64,000 nucleotides of DNA from Octopus vulgaris (taxonomy: Eukaryota): the NCBI GenBank assembly GCA_951406725.2, contig OX597818.1, positions 145,824,001-145,888,000 of the forward strand, in the 5' to 3' direction. Each line of letters opens with the position of its first letter. Positions within the stretch are counted from its first letter, which is position 1. The notes beneath the pieces were generated by a model, which was not told the DNA's origin, did not search any database, and was given only the letters and a program-made list of their open reading frames with translations. Shown here piece by piece: positions 1-14,690 of the stretch. Both the position numbers and the translations under genes were made by a program.

Positions 1-166
1 ATTTTGCCACAAGGTCAGCCACTTTGGGGGAGAGGACAAGTCGATTACACTGACTCCCAGTGTTTCTCTGGTACATCAGTGGAATTTGAACTCAGAACAT
101 ATTGACAGGCAAAATACCACTAAGCATTTCATCCAGCATGCTAACAATTCTGTCAGCTTGCTGCCT
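1..166 (-). mobile_element. tRNA-headed SINE (family 'B'), internally deleted
   Basis: Reverse complement reads aggcagcaagctgacagaattgttagcatgctggatgaaatgcttagtggtatttt...gttctgagttcaaattcc, homologous to the copy at 49697-50110. Confidence 0.8.
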
Positions 167-515
167 TAATAATAATAATCATAATAATAATAATGATAAT
201 AATACTGATACTGATAAATGCCCAGATGCAGTACCAGGCAGTGGCTCTCATGGCTCCTGATCATGTACATTATTTTGTCTTGGTACAAAAAATGGGCTAC
301 AGCAAATATTCTGCTCAATACCACAGACTTGCTTGTCAGTTGTTTGACCTTAACCAGGGAAGTATAAATTTGTTTGTTAGTTCATATGTATATGATTTTG
401 TTGTGAACCTTTTGTATCTTGCATTCTCATTGTTTTGCAGTTGGCTTCAGTTGAAATTCTAGTTTTTATAAGGGTTAGAATTGTTTACGAAGTATATAGT
501 GGCTTTGTTGCATAT

Positions 516-575
<60 letters not shown>

Positions 576-596
576 TACAAAGATAAACATTATACG

Positions 597-630
<34 letters not shown>

Positions 631-675
631 TACAAAAATATACATTATACGTATATATATACATACACATATATA

Positions 676-738
<63 letters not shown>

Positions 739-954
739 TTTTGAGATATAGATTGGTGTGCCAAAGAATATTTTGCCGACATTTTTGGAAAAGAAAGAAC
801 AATTAACAGAAAAATGAGTGTGCATATAGACTTTTTCAGTTATTACTCTTCCCAACTCTAATATATCATGTGTGTGTGCGTATGTGTGTGTGTTTGTATA
901 CGTATGTATGTATGTGTGCATGTGTGTGTGTGTATACATAAATATATATATATA

Positions 955-1268
955 TAAAAAAAATGCAAAATGGGACAAGAACGCAAAGCATCTGGACAGT
1001 TAGGTGATACAAGAATGAGACAAAATATCCAGATAGACGATACAAAGAAATGAAGGACAAGTCATTCGATGTTTTTGAGTACCAGATTATTTTCACAATT
1101 TTGGCTGATTATACTCGAGATTGCTCCAATCTGGCCAGCCCCAAGGAAAAACTAAGCTAAGAGCATTAGATTCCTTGGAAGAAAGCAGCGAATGTATACA
1201 AAAACAAGGACAGAAAAAACGGAGAATGTTACACAAATACAATAAAAATAATACCAAGACATAACAAC
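955..1268. repeat. Interspersed repeat between (TA)n tracts; sister copy at 30037-30405
   Basis: Blocks shared with the sister copy: aaaatgg.acaa.aac, gtcattc, gtaccaga, caatctgg, taagagcattaga, agcgaatgt.ta, tacacaaatacaa. Confidence 0.7.
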
Positions 1269-1269
1269 T

Positions 1270-1315
<46 letters not shown>

Positions 1316-1318
<3 letters not shown>

Positions 1319-1324
1319 ACAGAC

Positions 1325-1381
<57 letters not shown>

Positions 1382-1527
1382 CATACATACATACATACAT
1401 ACATACATACATACATACATACATACATAGGTAGGTAGATAGATAGATAGATAGATAGATAGATACATACATACATACATACATACATACATACATACAT
1501 ACATACATACATACATAGATAGGTAGG

Positions 1528-1561
<34 letters not shown>

Positions 1562-1623
1562 CATACATACATACATACATACATACATACATACATACAT
1601 ACATACATACATACGTAGGTAGG

Positions 1624-1697
<74 letters not shown>
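1316..1697. repeat. Compound tetranucleotide microsatellite with higher-order unit [(AGAT)n(ACAT)n(AGGT)2-3] x3
   Basis: Read directly from the sequence. Confidence 0.95.
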
Positions 1698-1698
<1 letters not shown>

Positions 1699-2003
1699 AC
1701 TCTAATGGGTTCATATTAGTAGCTCCAGTTCTCAGAAGCTATGGGATTTGCTTTGTATGTAAACAGATTGACTGCTTATTTTTGTAGGATTACTAATATG
1801 ATGTAGACATCTCTGATGAGATCCCAGTATGGATTAAAAGTTGATTAAGGCTATTCATCATTTCTTTTTTATGTATGGAGAATTAATTAAGGTTTGTATG
1901 TTTGTGTGTGTCTATTATGTAGATCAATATATGCAATATATGTATATATTTGTATATGTTTGTATATATATATATATATATCTTGGCTCTTTTTATATTT
2001 CAG

Positions 2004-2110
2004 ATGGCTGTACTGACCACATCACCATACAAGTGTGCATTCTATGTGGGCTGTGCCAACCAAGACATGGCTCCCAATTTATAAAGTGGAGAGGTCCCTT
2101 GAGTAATTAA
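2004..2110 (+). CDS. Possible terminal exon of an upstream gene (frame unresolved), followed by an A-rich, repeat-free putative 3'UTR to about 2900
   Basis: Polypyrimidine acceptor tcttggctctttttatatttcag|ATGGCTG. All three frames stop within 110 nt (xWLY*, MAVLTTSPYKCAFYVGCANQDMAPNL*, xGCTDHIT...LSN*). No homology recognised. Confidence 0.25.
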
Positions 2111-3046
2111 AGATAAATCTTTTATATTCAAAAAAAAAAATTCTTTTTTGAAAACAACATTAAAAAAAGAAACAAAATTTGTTGACAAAAGCAAACAAAA
2201 ACAAGAAAAATTATCAAAAGAAGATATGTCTTCTTTTTAAAGTGGATGATTTTTCAATCCTTTACCCATGAGGCCTTTTAACGCTCCAATAATATCAATA
2301 TGAAAAACTTATACATCAAATATAACAAAACATAAAGGAATTTCCTAAAATAACAAATGGCAAAAAAAAGGAAAAAAAAGAAGAAAGCACTGCAAAGACT
2401 GACTAAAACTTATTTAAAAAACAATACAAAATCAAAGCAACAACCACAAAAAAAAAACTAATAAAAACTGTCAGTATCGCAGCAGTCAAGTAATGAAGGG
2501 CAGAATATATTTACATTTAATAATTTTCAAATACGGACAATATGATATATAAGAATTGCATCAAGCACTTATATTAACTTATAACCAGATATGAATGATC
2601 TAATAGATTGGAAATATCTCGAAAATAAAAAAATTCTAAAATAACATTGATATTAAATAATTTAACCTCACAAGTTGAATGAACAACTTTCTGTAAGATC
2701 TTTAAAAATGAAAAAAGTAATAAGATTTGTATAGCAATCAAATTTTAGGGAAATTAATATGTAACAAAACACCGGATAATGTCTATGATTATATAAACAA
2801 CAAAAAAAATTGAAAAATTAAGAAGAAACAAAAATTAAAGATAAATTGCCATTAAAAAAATGGGTAACTTGCATAAAATGAAGTAGATTTGGTTTTATTT
2901 AAAAGAAAATAATGGATTTATATGTGTCCATATATACAAACATTTATATATATGAATAAATATAGGTATATATGTATGGTTATATGTACATATGTATACA
3001 TATATGTATGATATATGTATATATGTATGTGTATATATATATATAT

Positions 3047-3095
<49 letters not shown>

Positions 3096-3357
3096 GCATA
3101 TATATCTATATATATATACATATATACATATATTCAAGAATACATATATATATATTTATGCTTATAAATATGCATATATACGTATATATAAATATATATA
3201 ATGTGTAATTTCATATATATAAAGATATGTATTTATGTATATATGTGTGTGTGGGTGTTTGTATATTTATGCGTGTGTGTGTATGTGTGTGTGTGTGTTT
3301 GTAAATATGAATGTAAATGAATGTGTACATATATATATGTTTAATATATGTATGTGA

Positions 3358-3441
<84 letters not shown>

Positions 3442-3979
3442 TATATACATACATATGTATCTAGGTACACACAAACACATACACATATATAAATAAATGT
3501 AATTATATATGTATATATTCATACATACAGGCATACATACACACACTCACATACTATATATATATATGTATATATATATATATTTTAGAAGAAATAAAAC
3601 TTCTAAGATATATATATATATAAATATACACACACACTCACACATACAGATATATACACACTCACACACACAGATATACACACACTCCCACACACAGATA
3701 TATTCATATATACATAGGTATAATGAAAAATATAAGAGAGAGTGTGAGTTTATGAAATAATTGTTCAATATCATATGCATATATCAATATATAGGGGGCA
3801 GAATAAATGTACTCATGTATGTACATTTTTATACATCACATCATTTACAGATAGCTACATGTTTACTCACACATGTACACGCAAACAGACACACACACAA
3901 ACACACACGCATACATATATCAATGTGCTTTTCATGGTATGTGTAACTTTATGTGTGTCTCTGTGTGTGCATATCTTCG

Positions 3980-4013
<34 letters not shown>

Positions 4014-4014
4014 C

Positions 4015-4049
<35 letters not shown>

Positions 4050-4105
4050 AATGTATGTACGTATGTTGGGATGTATATTTGTTCATATGCTTGTATGTAC
4101 ATGTA

Positions 4106-4177
<72 letters not shown>

Positions 4178-4179
4178 TG

Positions 4180-4221
<42 letters not shown>

Positions 4222-4577
4222 CAATGTACACAGTAGAAAGACCCATCATGCTACTAATAGTTACTTGCATTGGAGACATGTGTCTAAGCCGGTTTTTATA
4301 ACACGTCTTGTGTCTCTAAGCAATTTTCAGGTTCTGAATACACGTTATATGCCTTTTGAAAATCAGGACACTGGTATATGGAAATCATGAGAAAAAAATG
4401 AAAAGGAGAAGGGTGAATAGAAACAGAAAAAGAAAAAGAAAAGAAAGGAATTTAGAGTTTATATCCTCTGTGACTGTAAAGGCCATAATTAAACTAGTTG
4501 TAGAACAAATAAGCGTAGATGGGCCCAAAGTCTACAAGATAGCTGATCAATCTGGAAAGGATGTACACCACACTTTT

Positions 4578-4602
4578 GGGTTAGGGTTAGGGTTAGGGTT
4601 AG
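4578..4602 (+). repeat. Interstitial telomeric repeat GGG(TTAGGG)3TTAG
   Basis: Read directly from the sequence. Confidence 0.9.
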
Positions 4603-4630
4603 AAGATAGTCTATCTGCAAATCTATAGCC

Positions 4631-4867
4631 AGTAAGTCAACTAGCCATGTATGGGGTTTGAAGACCAAATGCACACCACATATAATGAAGAGGAGAATCC
4701 TAGAGAAATCCTTGCCATATGCAAAAGGTTCTAAGAAATGTAACTTATGCATAGATAAAAGATGACTCATTATTTGTAGACCTAAGAATTCCACTGCACT
4801 ATATAATTTCAGATCTGAAATTTTCAGCAAATGCAAACATATGCACAAATTTCTTTTGACAAACTAG
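4631..4867 (+). pseudogene. C-terminus of a PLE GIY-YIG endonuclease region (one in-frame stop)
   Basis: Frame reads SKSTSHVWGLKTKCTPHIMKRRILEKSLPYAKGSKKCNLCIDKR*LIICRPKNSTALYNFRSEIFSKCKHMHKFLLTN*. This matches the PLE pattern HxWxLK...IL.K..PY..G.K.CNLC..EK...LN.RSE..SKCRH..KFLL. Confidence 0.85.
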
Positions 4868-5574
4868 AGGACAGTCCACTCTCTAGATTTTAGCAGCTGA
4901 CTAAAAACATTTGGCCCTTTCTCCATTTAACTCTTTCACAACAACTGGCTTTATTTTAGCTTTTATGGTCAAAGGGGATGTAACTCTTTTTTTTTTTCAT
5001 TTTTAGTGTTTGCTTTTTCTATTCTTATTCACACTTCCAATTTTTCACAAACTATAGTCTCCATTTTACCTTCTGATTTCTCATGTACCTATGTCCTGAT
5101 TTTCAGATAGAAGAGCCTATGTGTACAGACGTAGCAGTTTCCTTGTAGGCACAAAGCATGTTACAAAAGCCTGCCTAGACATATGTCTCCGAAGTTTGTA
5201 CCTTTATACTGTGTACATCAGATGTTATTTATTTCTCATTTGATGAGAGATAACTTTCAGGATATATACATATATATATATATATATCATGCCACCACGT
5301 AAGGTGGACATTAAACAATGATGATGATGATATATATATATTTACAAACATATTTATGTATAGACATACATACATATGCATATACACATACATATATATA
5401 TTTATGTATATATATATATATTTATTTATGCATATATAAATTATATACATATATATATGCATACACACACATACATATACTTACACACACACTCATACAT
5501 GCACACATTTATATATATACATATGCATACATTTGTACATACATACTTATATATATATATTCATATATATACTG

Positions 5575-5627
<53 letters not shown>

Positions 5628-6254
5628 CGTATGTATGTATGTATGTATGTAAGTATATGTATTTATATATAGATTTGAATATATACATCGTGAGTGGAAA
5701 CTAGTAAAGTGAAGTATATGTGTGTTCATGTACATACATGTTCATGAGCACCAGTGTGGCCATAGTCAAATGATTGAAACAAGTAAAAGAATATATATCT
5801 ATATGAAATTATTTCTTATCCATATATACATAATTATGTACGTATTGTTCTGTAAAGTATAAAGATATGTGTGTCTGTGTGTGTGTGTACATATACATAC
5901 ATGTATATAAGCATATATAATTGTATATATATATTTATTCATATATACATATACAATTATAGGCATATATCTTAAGATGTTTATATATATATATATATTT
6001 ATAAAAACTCACGCACACGCAAACATATACAAACACACACATATGCAGATATGTATGTGTATTTATATATATATACACACAAATACACATACGTAATGTC
6101 AATATATATACATACATATATACACATATATGTATATATGTATGTATATATATATACACGCATATATCTAAACAAACAAATATATATGTATGTGTGTGCG
6201 TATGTATGTACTGCAATATATATATTCTATGATAGAGATACAAACATATTTCTG

Positions 6255-6285
<31 letters not shown>

Positions 6286-6810
6286 GTATGTGTACATATG
6301 TGTGTGTGCATGTGTGTATGCAGGTGCGTGTGTTTGCATGTGTATGTTCATGCATGTATATGTGCATGCATGTGTGTGTATAAATCTTTTATATTTATGT
6401 CTTATGAAGCCAAAATAATGCATGGTATAAAAAGTAATACAAGTTGATGGTTTATAATTTTACACAGTATTTCAATAACAATTCCACATGAGGAATCCCC
6501 ATTCAACAAATCTTCCAAATAATGATGTTGTAAACTGATTTCTGTAACACTACACACCACAGAAGTCATTGCACGATGCCATCTCCCCAAAAATTTCATA
6601 GAGAATAAGGCCTAGACCACAACTACTCAATGCAAACCATTGACTTGTATAATTTCTTCAAACTTGCATGGATAAATAAGAAAAAAGATTTATATATACA
6701 TATACATTACACAATGCTTCATGCACAATATACTACAAGAAACCATGTATGTATGTATTTATATCTTTCTTTGTGTGTATATACATGCATACTTACATAC
6801 ATGCATACAC

Positions 6811-6849
<39 letters not shown>

Positions 6850-6886
6850 TATACATATATATATATGCACACACATATATGTATAC

Positions 6887-6928
<42 letters not shown>

Positions 6929-7125
6929 GTAATGTACATAGTTTATACATATGCATATATATGATTTAAAAATACCATAATTTGGATTGACTTCATTATT
7001 ACAACTGCAGACATTTCAATATATAATGATATACATATATGTATATATCTGTATACGTATCTGTTTGCATCTTTGTATGTACGTATTTACATGTATGTGT
7101 GTGTGTGTGCATATATATATGTATG

Positions 7126-7157
<32 letters not shown>

Positions 7158-7224
7158 AATTGATAGATAGATAGATAGATAGAAAGAAAGACAGACAGAC
7201 AGACGGTTAGATAGATCGATAGAG

Positions 7225-7293
<69 letters not shown>

Positions 7294-7539
7294 TATAGAT
7301 AGATATACATATTTGCGTGCATATGTAACTGTTCCTATAAGCATATGTATATTCAGATGTATAAATATGTAATATGTAAGCATGTATCTGTAAGTATGGG
7401 TATACATAAATATATACATTTTTACAAAAACAACAGTTTAATGACAAAAGCATATATAGAAACAGATACAACTATATATGTGGCCATATAACATTATATG
7501 TATGTTTGTATAAATGTATATCTATATCTAGATATATAT

Positions 7540-7592
<53 letters not shown>

Positions 7593-7692
7593 TGAATTGA
7601 ACGTGCTGTTTTACTGCTGTGATTTTTGCTACTAAGGTATCGGTTAAACTTTTGATTAATCTACTACAAGATTATTCATCTTTCTATTTCAC

Positions 7693-7748
<56 letters not shown>

Positions 7749-7955
7749 CTTTAAGTTTCTCCACATATATAAAGATGTTAATACATAAGTGTATATATAT
7801 ATATATATATATGTATAAATTATTAATAAAGAATTATAAATATATATATATATAATATCTATATATCTATAAATTATTAATAAATAAATATTAATGCAAA
7901 TTACTTGTTCTACATCAATGTTATCTCCCTTTTCTGTGTACTTTATATATATATG

Positions 7956-8086
<131 letters not shown>

Positions 8087-8315
8087 TATACATATATACA
8101 TATATGTACATATAAATATATAGATAGATTGATAGATATATATATTGAAATAGATAGATATACATATATATATGTGTGTATATATATACATACATATGTA
8201 TGTGTGTGTATATATATATATATGTATAGTCATATATATACATGTATATACAACCATAGAAATATATATATATTTATGAGTGCATGTTTGTGCGTGTGTC
8301 TGTGTACACATGTGC

Positions 8316-8364
<49 letters not shown>

Positions 8365-9154
8365 CACATATACAGATATATATTTAATATGCATATCTAT
8401 ATAGATGGATGCACATGAAAGTACTATACAGAACTATACAATGTATATCACCATCATATACATATATATGTATATATATATATTTATATATACATGCACA
8501 TATATATTTATATATATATATATATACATGTATATACTTATATATCTTCAATTATATTTGTACATATAAATTTTATATATATATACATATATATATATAT
8601 ATTTATATATATATATCAAGTGAAAGTGATGGTCAAATATGTGTATATGGTATTATACTATACATACATTTATATCATTTGTAACTTTTACTTTTTAATA
8701 TGACTACAAATATACTTGGCAAAGATATGTTTTATCTCAAACCATATATTGTTGGCTAAATATACTTACATCTACATTTATGTAATATCTTTTATAAATG
8801 ATATAAATGAAATAATGACATATATATATATATAATGACATATATATATATATATATATATAATTGCTCACAATCCCTCTTTTATTAACAGGCTCAAGCT
8901 ATACTTTTCTTATAGCCATCTCTTGTCACATAGAATTATTTCTACATTGATTAGAAGATTGGAATTTAAGTGTCTGGACTTGTCTGAGCACTACCCTGTT
9001 CTTCACATGTTATATCCCTATATTACTAAATTCTCACCCACCATACATGCATACACACACACACATATATATACACATGTATATATATGTATGTATATAT
9101 CTGTGAAAAGCACACACACACACATACATGTATAAAGATATAACATTCATACAT

Positions 9155-9186
<32 letters not shown>

Positions 9187-10235
9187 GATGCCTGTTTCAT
9201 TCAGAAATGCATGTATATATATACATGCATACATACATACTTAGTTATTTATATCCAAGTGTTTTGTTATTTTTAATAAGAAGATACTACAGTGTGAATC
9301 AACTACCACCAGTTTTGGAAAGTTGAAGCACATGGAAATTATTGCTGATTAAAAATAATAAAATATATGTATTGGCTTACATTTATACAGTTTGTTGTAT
9401 GGAACACATGTAACTCTTTAACTAGTCTCAGCTCGAAAGTTTATGTTTGCATAAGTACAAAATCATATGTATATATCAGTATTTATTTAGATGAAAGTAT
9501 ACATTTATGTATAAACATGCATACACTTAAGTGGACATGCACATATATATTAATATATACATATATATATATATCTATATATATGTATATATATGTGTGT
9601 ATATGTATATGTATTTATATATTATATATATATATATGTATATATAGACATATATACATATATATATGCATATACATATATCTCAACAATAAATACATAC
9701 ATATATATACATATATATATATATAAACGTATAAATATAAATGTACATATATATAAATATATATATATACGTATATAAATATGTATATAAATATATACAT
9801 ACATATGTAAATACATATGTGTGCATGTGTCTGTGTATTTATGTATGTATATATGTATGTATGTATATATATGCATACATATATATATGATAACTCTGTG
9901 GATATTCCACGTTTATTTAGAAACAAATAATCATGTATTAAAGATCAATATTGTATTTTAGAGGCTTTTATGTATATATGAGTATTATTTCAATCATTTA
10001 CAAACTGGTGATGAAGAATATTTTTTCATTAAAGGAAGTCCTCTTTTAGTTCTCACACCTATAAACGCTAATGACATACGCACATATACACCTGCACCCG
10101 ACATTGTCAGAAAAATATATATACACAAATATGAAACTAATTTTCATATTTATGTGTGTATATCAGTATGCTACAGTGGCATTCGCTTATATGTGAGTGT
10201 GTGTATGTATTTGTGGTGTCTGTTTGAATCTGTCA

Positions 10236-10334
<99 letters not shown>

Positions 10335-11187
10335 ACTCCTGCATATTTTTCATCTCCTTTCCACATTGTGACAGATTTTTTACACCACAGGAATTTAACA
10401 TTAGCACTTTAATGTAATATATACAAGCATTATATACATATTTGTACATTTATTTTGATATATAGCCTTTGTATTCAAGAGATGGGCATATGGAATGCAT
10501 ACATATGCCACAAGCTATATATTAATATACTTCTCAAATGCACACTTTTTCCTCTCTCTCTTTTTATCTCTCGGTCTATATATCTATATATCTATCTATA
10601 TATTTGCCTATCTATCCAGCTACCTATCTATCTATATACATACATAAATACATACACATACACACAGCCAGCACCCCCACACACACACACACACACATGC
10701 TCACAAACATAGATATATGAATATATACATATGTACACATGTACATACTTGTGTGTTTTGTTTAGTATATATTTACATACATTATTTCATGCACACATAT
10801 ATGTCTACTTATATGTGTATACATATATACATACACATACACACACGCACACACATGCACACACACATATGTAAATGTGTGTTTACTTGTTTTTACTTTT
10901 ACATATGCACACATTCTAGCACATCCCACCCCACGTATATGTGTATGTGTGTGTACTTATATATATATATACATATATATATACATATACATACATATAC
11001 ATATATACTCATAAATATAAATATGTATAAGTATATATGCATTTTTTTACATATATTGTTACATATTCTCATACATGTATTCATACAGCTATATATTTAT
11101 ATATTTATATTCATATGTATCTATCTGTCTTTGTATCTGTCAATCAACTTATATACATGCATTACATATATATGTGTATATACATAC

Positions 11188-11234
<47 letters not shown>

Positions 11235-11609
11235 TATACACACATATATATACATACAATTAATGAGTTTGAAAATGGAGAGATTCAATGGATAGAAATT
11301 AATTTATTAATTAATGAACATTCCCTGCAATTGTTTCACTTTACATCCAATTTAGATTACAAAACATATACAATAATATAAGTTTGCATTTTGAGTATCC
11401 TGGGTGAAAGATCTTTGATGGCAAAATGGACATTACAGAGCTTACATTTTTATCAGATGAAATACTCCAACATATATAAGTACGTATATGTTTATAAATA
11501 CATACATGTATATACTTGTATGTGTTTATGTCTTTGTATATGTGTATTCAATGTGTATATATATTTATATGCAAATATATCTATATACACTCATATATAT
11601 ATATATATA

Positions 11610-11650
<41 letters not shown>

Positions 11651-12279
11651 CAAAATATATGTGTGTGTTTTGTGTGTGCATGTGTGTGTAGGTCTCTGTA
11701 GGGAGAGAGAAAGAGGTAAGAAAGAGAGACAGATGTGTATGTGTGTATGTATGCATCTAAGATTATTTATGAAAATCAGTTTCAATTTTCTCATGTCTGT
11801 ACACGATGTGTTCATTCGTTGGTTGTAAATTAATGGTTTGCTGACATTGACATTTGCTTGCTGTCTCAGATATTTGACAGGTCCTGACATGTTTCATGAA
11901 TGTTGTAAAAAAGAATCACTTATTTTGGTGGCGTTCGTCTTACTTTTCCAGTTCTCCATGAAAACATGTCGGGGCTGTTTACTGCTGTTAGACTGGGAGA
12001 TCATTTCTTCACTACTAAAATAGTTGGTATTTTGTAACAAAACAGGACATACTCTCAAGTGACTCATGCAATCATGGAAAGGCAGACATAAAGCAATGAT
12101 AAGGATAACAATCATAATGATGATATATATATGTGTGTATATATATATATATCATCATTATATTTATATATATATATATATGTATGTATATATGTATATA
12201 TATCATACATGCATATATATGTATGTATATATGTATATATATCATACATACATACATGTATATATATACATATATATAC

Positions 12280-12316
<37 letters not shown>

Positions 12317-12667
12317 AAAAATATATATATATACATACATACATACACACACACATACATACATACATACATACATACATACATGCATAAATACATACAT
12401 GCAGAGAGACATACATTCATATGCATGCTCACATATATAAGTTCATCTATACATATATATATGTATACATTCATGTGTACATACCCATATATGTGCATGT
12501 ATGTGTGTGTGTGTGCATCTTCATATATATATATGTGTGTGTGGATGTATGTATGTATCTATGCATCTGTAGATATATATATGTATGTATGTATGTATGA
12601 ATGTATGTATGTATGTATGTATGTATATACATGTATATATATCTATATATATAGTGAGAGAGGTAAG

Positions 12668-12771
<104 letters not shown>

Positions 12772-13193
12772 TAGACAAACATTATTCTTACTATTAATAC
12801 AATATTATATCATATTCTCACGTAGCCAAATTATCAATTGGTCTCATCCGAAATTGAGAACCAACTCCTGGCTTCAAGATATAATATGCTATGAAAATTT
12901 TGTTTGATGGAGATGTGTATTCTTTGTGGATTATCTAACATCAGAGAATTCCATAGTGTGAAATATATAATGAGTATATATTTATTCTTTAATGATTATT
13001 AAATGTGCAGTGACAGGTTTAGTAGCTATAGAACACAGATCATAAGTGTCCTATTGTTGCCTAAGTATCTCCAAGACAGAAAATTGGTAACTTGCTCATG
13101 ATGAGTCTCTAATATAATATAATAATTATATTCATACACACACTCTGTTATCCTTTGTTCCTTTGTTTTGTAACTCAAGGCTTCTTAGACAGG

Positions 13194-13251
<58 letters not shown>

Positions 13252-13264
13252 TGTATACATGCAT

Positions 13265-13580
13265 TTAATAAAAGATTATAAATAGATAACTCAATATATG
13301 CTTCACATGCTTCTATAGGATGGCTATTTATTCATTAATGCATAATATTGCATAATATTGTATTATTTTTACATTATTATATAACTATGAGATAAAATCA
13401 GTTGGTATAGATTAATTTTGCATGTATTGCCTGATGAAATGGTGTGGTTGTGTAATAATGCATTATTAGGTAATATGTACTGTTATGCAATATTTTGCAT
13501 TAATGAATAAATAGCTATGTTATGAAAACATGTGTACCATAAACTGAGGTATCCATTGACATTGTTTTATTTTTTTATAC
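13265..13580. mobile_element. AT-rich fold-back / MITE-like element
   Basis: gctatttattcattaatgcataatattgcataa (13323-13355) is the reverse complement of 13483-13515 with 1 mismatch. Looser pairing extends outward. Confidence 0.65.
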
Positions 13581-13814
13581 ACCACATATAATGAGCAGCT
13601 TTTGACCTTACGCATAGGAATTTACAGAAAGTTTAGCACCATTATACAACTGTTAGCATTGTACTACTTGCTATACTGACCAGTTGACTGATAGCATGCA
13701 TTAATGCATTCTTCCTTAGTTACCCTGTCAGCCAAATATACATTGGTGTGTGACCAAGTTAATTCCCAGAATTACTTAGATCCCTAGTACTTGATACATA
13801 CATGCATATATTCA

Positions 13815-13858
<44 letters not shown>

Positions 13859-14468
13859 TACATATACATATACTGTTTTGTTATATATATATTTATATAT
13901 TTACATATATATTTTTATACATATATAAATGTATATACATGTATATAGAAATATATGTATATATACACACACACACACACACATACACATACACACATAT
14001 ATATTTATATGTGCATATATGTTTACCTATATATATATGTGTGTGTATGTATGAGTATGTAAATGCATATACTCATTTATATATATTTATGTATACGTAT
14101 CTATGATTGTCCTCATTATATGATTCCATATGTGTTAGAGTGATCATCACAGTCAAAGATGCAATCCACTGGAAGTTATTGTCTCCTGTCTAAATGGTTG
14201 TATATGTCATTTACCTTGATTTTGATAGCTGAATCCCCTTTGTTATGCCAACTACTTTCAAGCCTGTATTGGGTACATCTTTTCCTCATGATACAATTAC
14301 TAGATAACCTGAACTGTCCTTGATAAGGCAAGACTGCAGGGCCTTCATATCATTATGCTTTCTCTCCTTATTTACTCAACCTCAGAGAATAGAAAGAGGT
14401 GGCTGGCAGCACAGCACAGTGAAGAATGTATTTGGTGATGATTATTGTGGCCCAATGCATTCTCTTAA

Positions 14469-14690
14469 CCCTTTTGTTACCAACATGGCAGAAACTGGCT
14501 CTGGCTCTGTAGTACAAATGTCTTGTTTTCATAAGTTTTGAATTAAAATCTTCCACCAAATCTTAGTTACAATTTATGTTCCTAACACTAGCTGAATGAT
14601 AACTAAGTTATTTTACTAAATTCTTTGTTATATTTAAAGTAATTGAAAGGAACACAGAGCATCTCAAAATAAGTACAGTAACAAAAAGGG
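14469..14690. mobile_element. piggyBac-type MITE
   Basis: TTAA|CCCTTTTGTTAC ... GTAACAAAAAGGG|TTAA: TTAA target duplication and CCC/GGG termini. Sister copy at 44183-44400. Confidence 0.85.

Larger units (their letters stand above)
4222..5220 (+). mobile_element. Penelope-like retroelement relic with inverted pseudo-LTR arrangement
   Basis: About 4225-4570 is a diverged reverse complement of about 4870-5217 (e.g. ggagacatgtgtctaagccggtttttataacac vs ggagacatatgtctaggcaggcttttgtaacat; tgaaaatcaggaca in both). The arms enclose an endonuclease C-terminal frame and are flanked by (TA)n. Confidence 0.8.

Noticed and set aside
11944-12012. Minus-strand mini-exon candidate (another at about 22292-22338)
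   Set aside because: Splice-like signals of this strength occur by chance in AT-rich DNA, and no peptide was recognisable.
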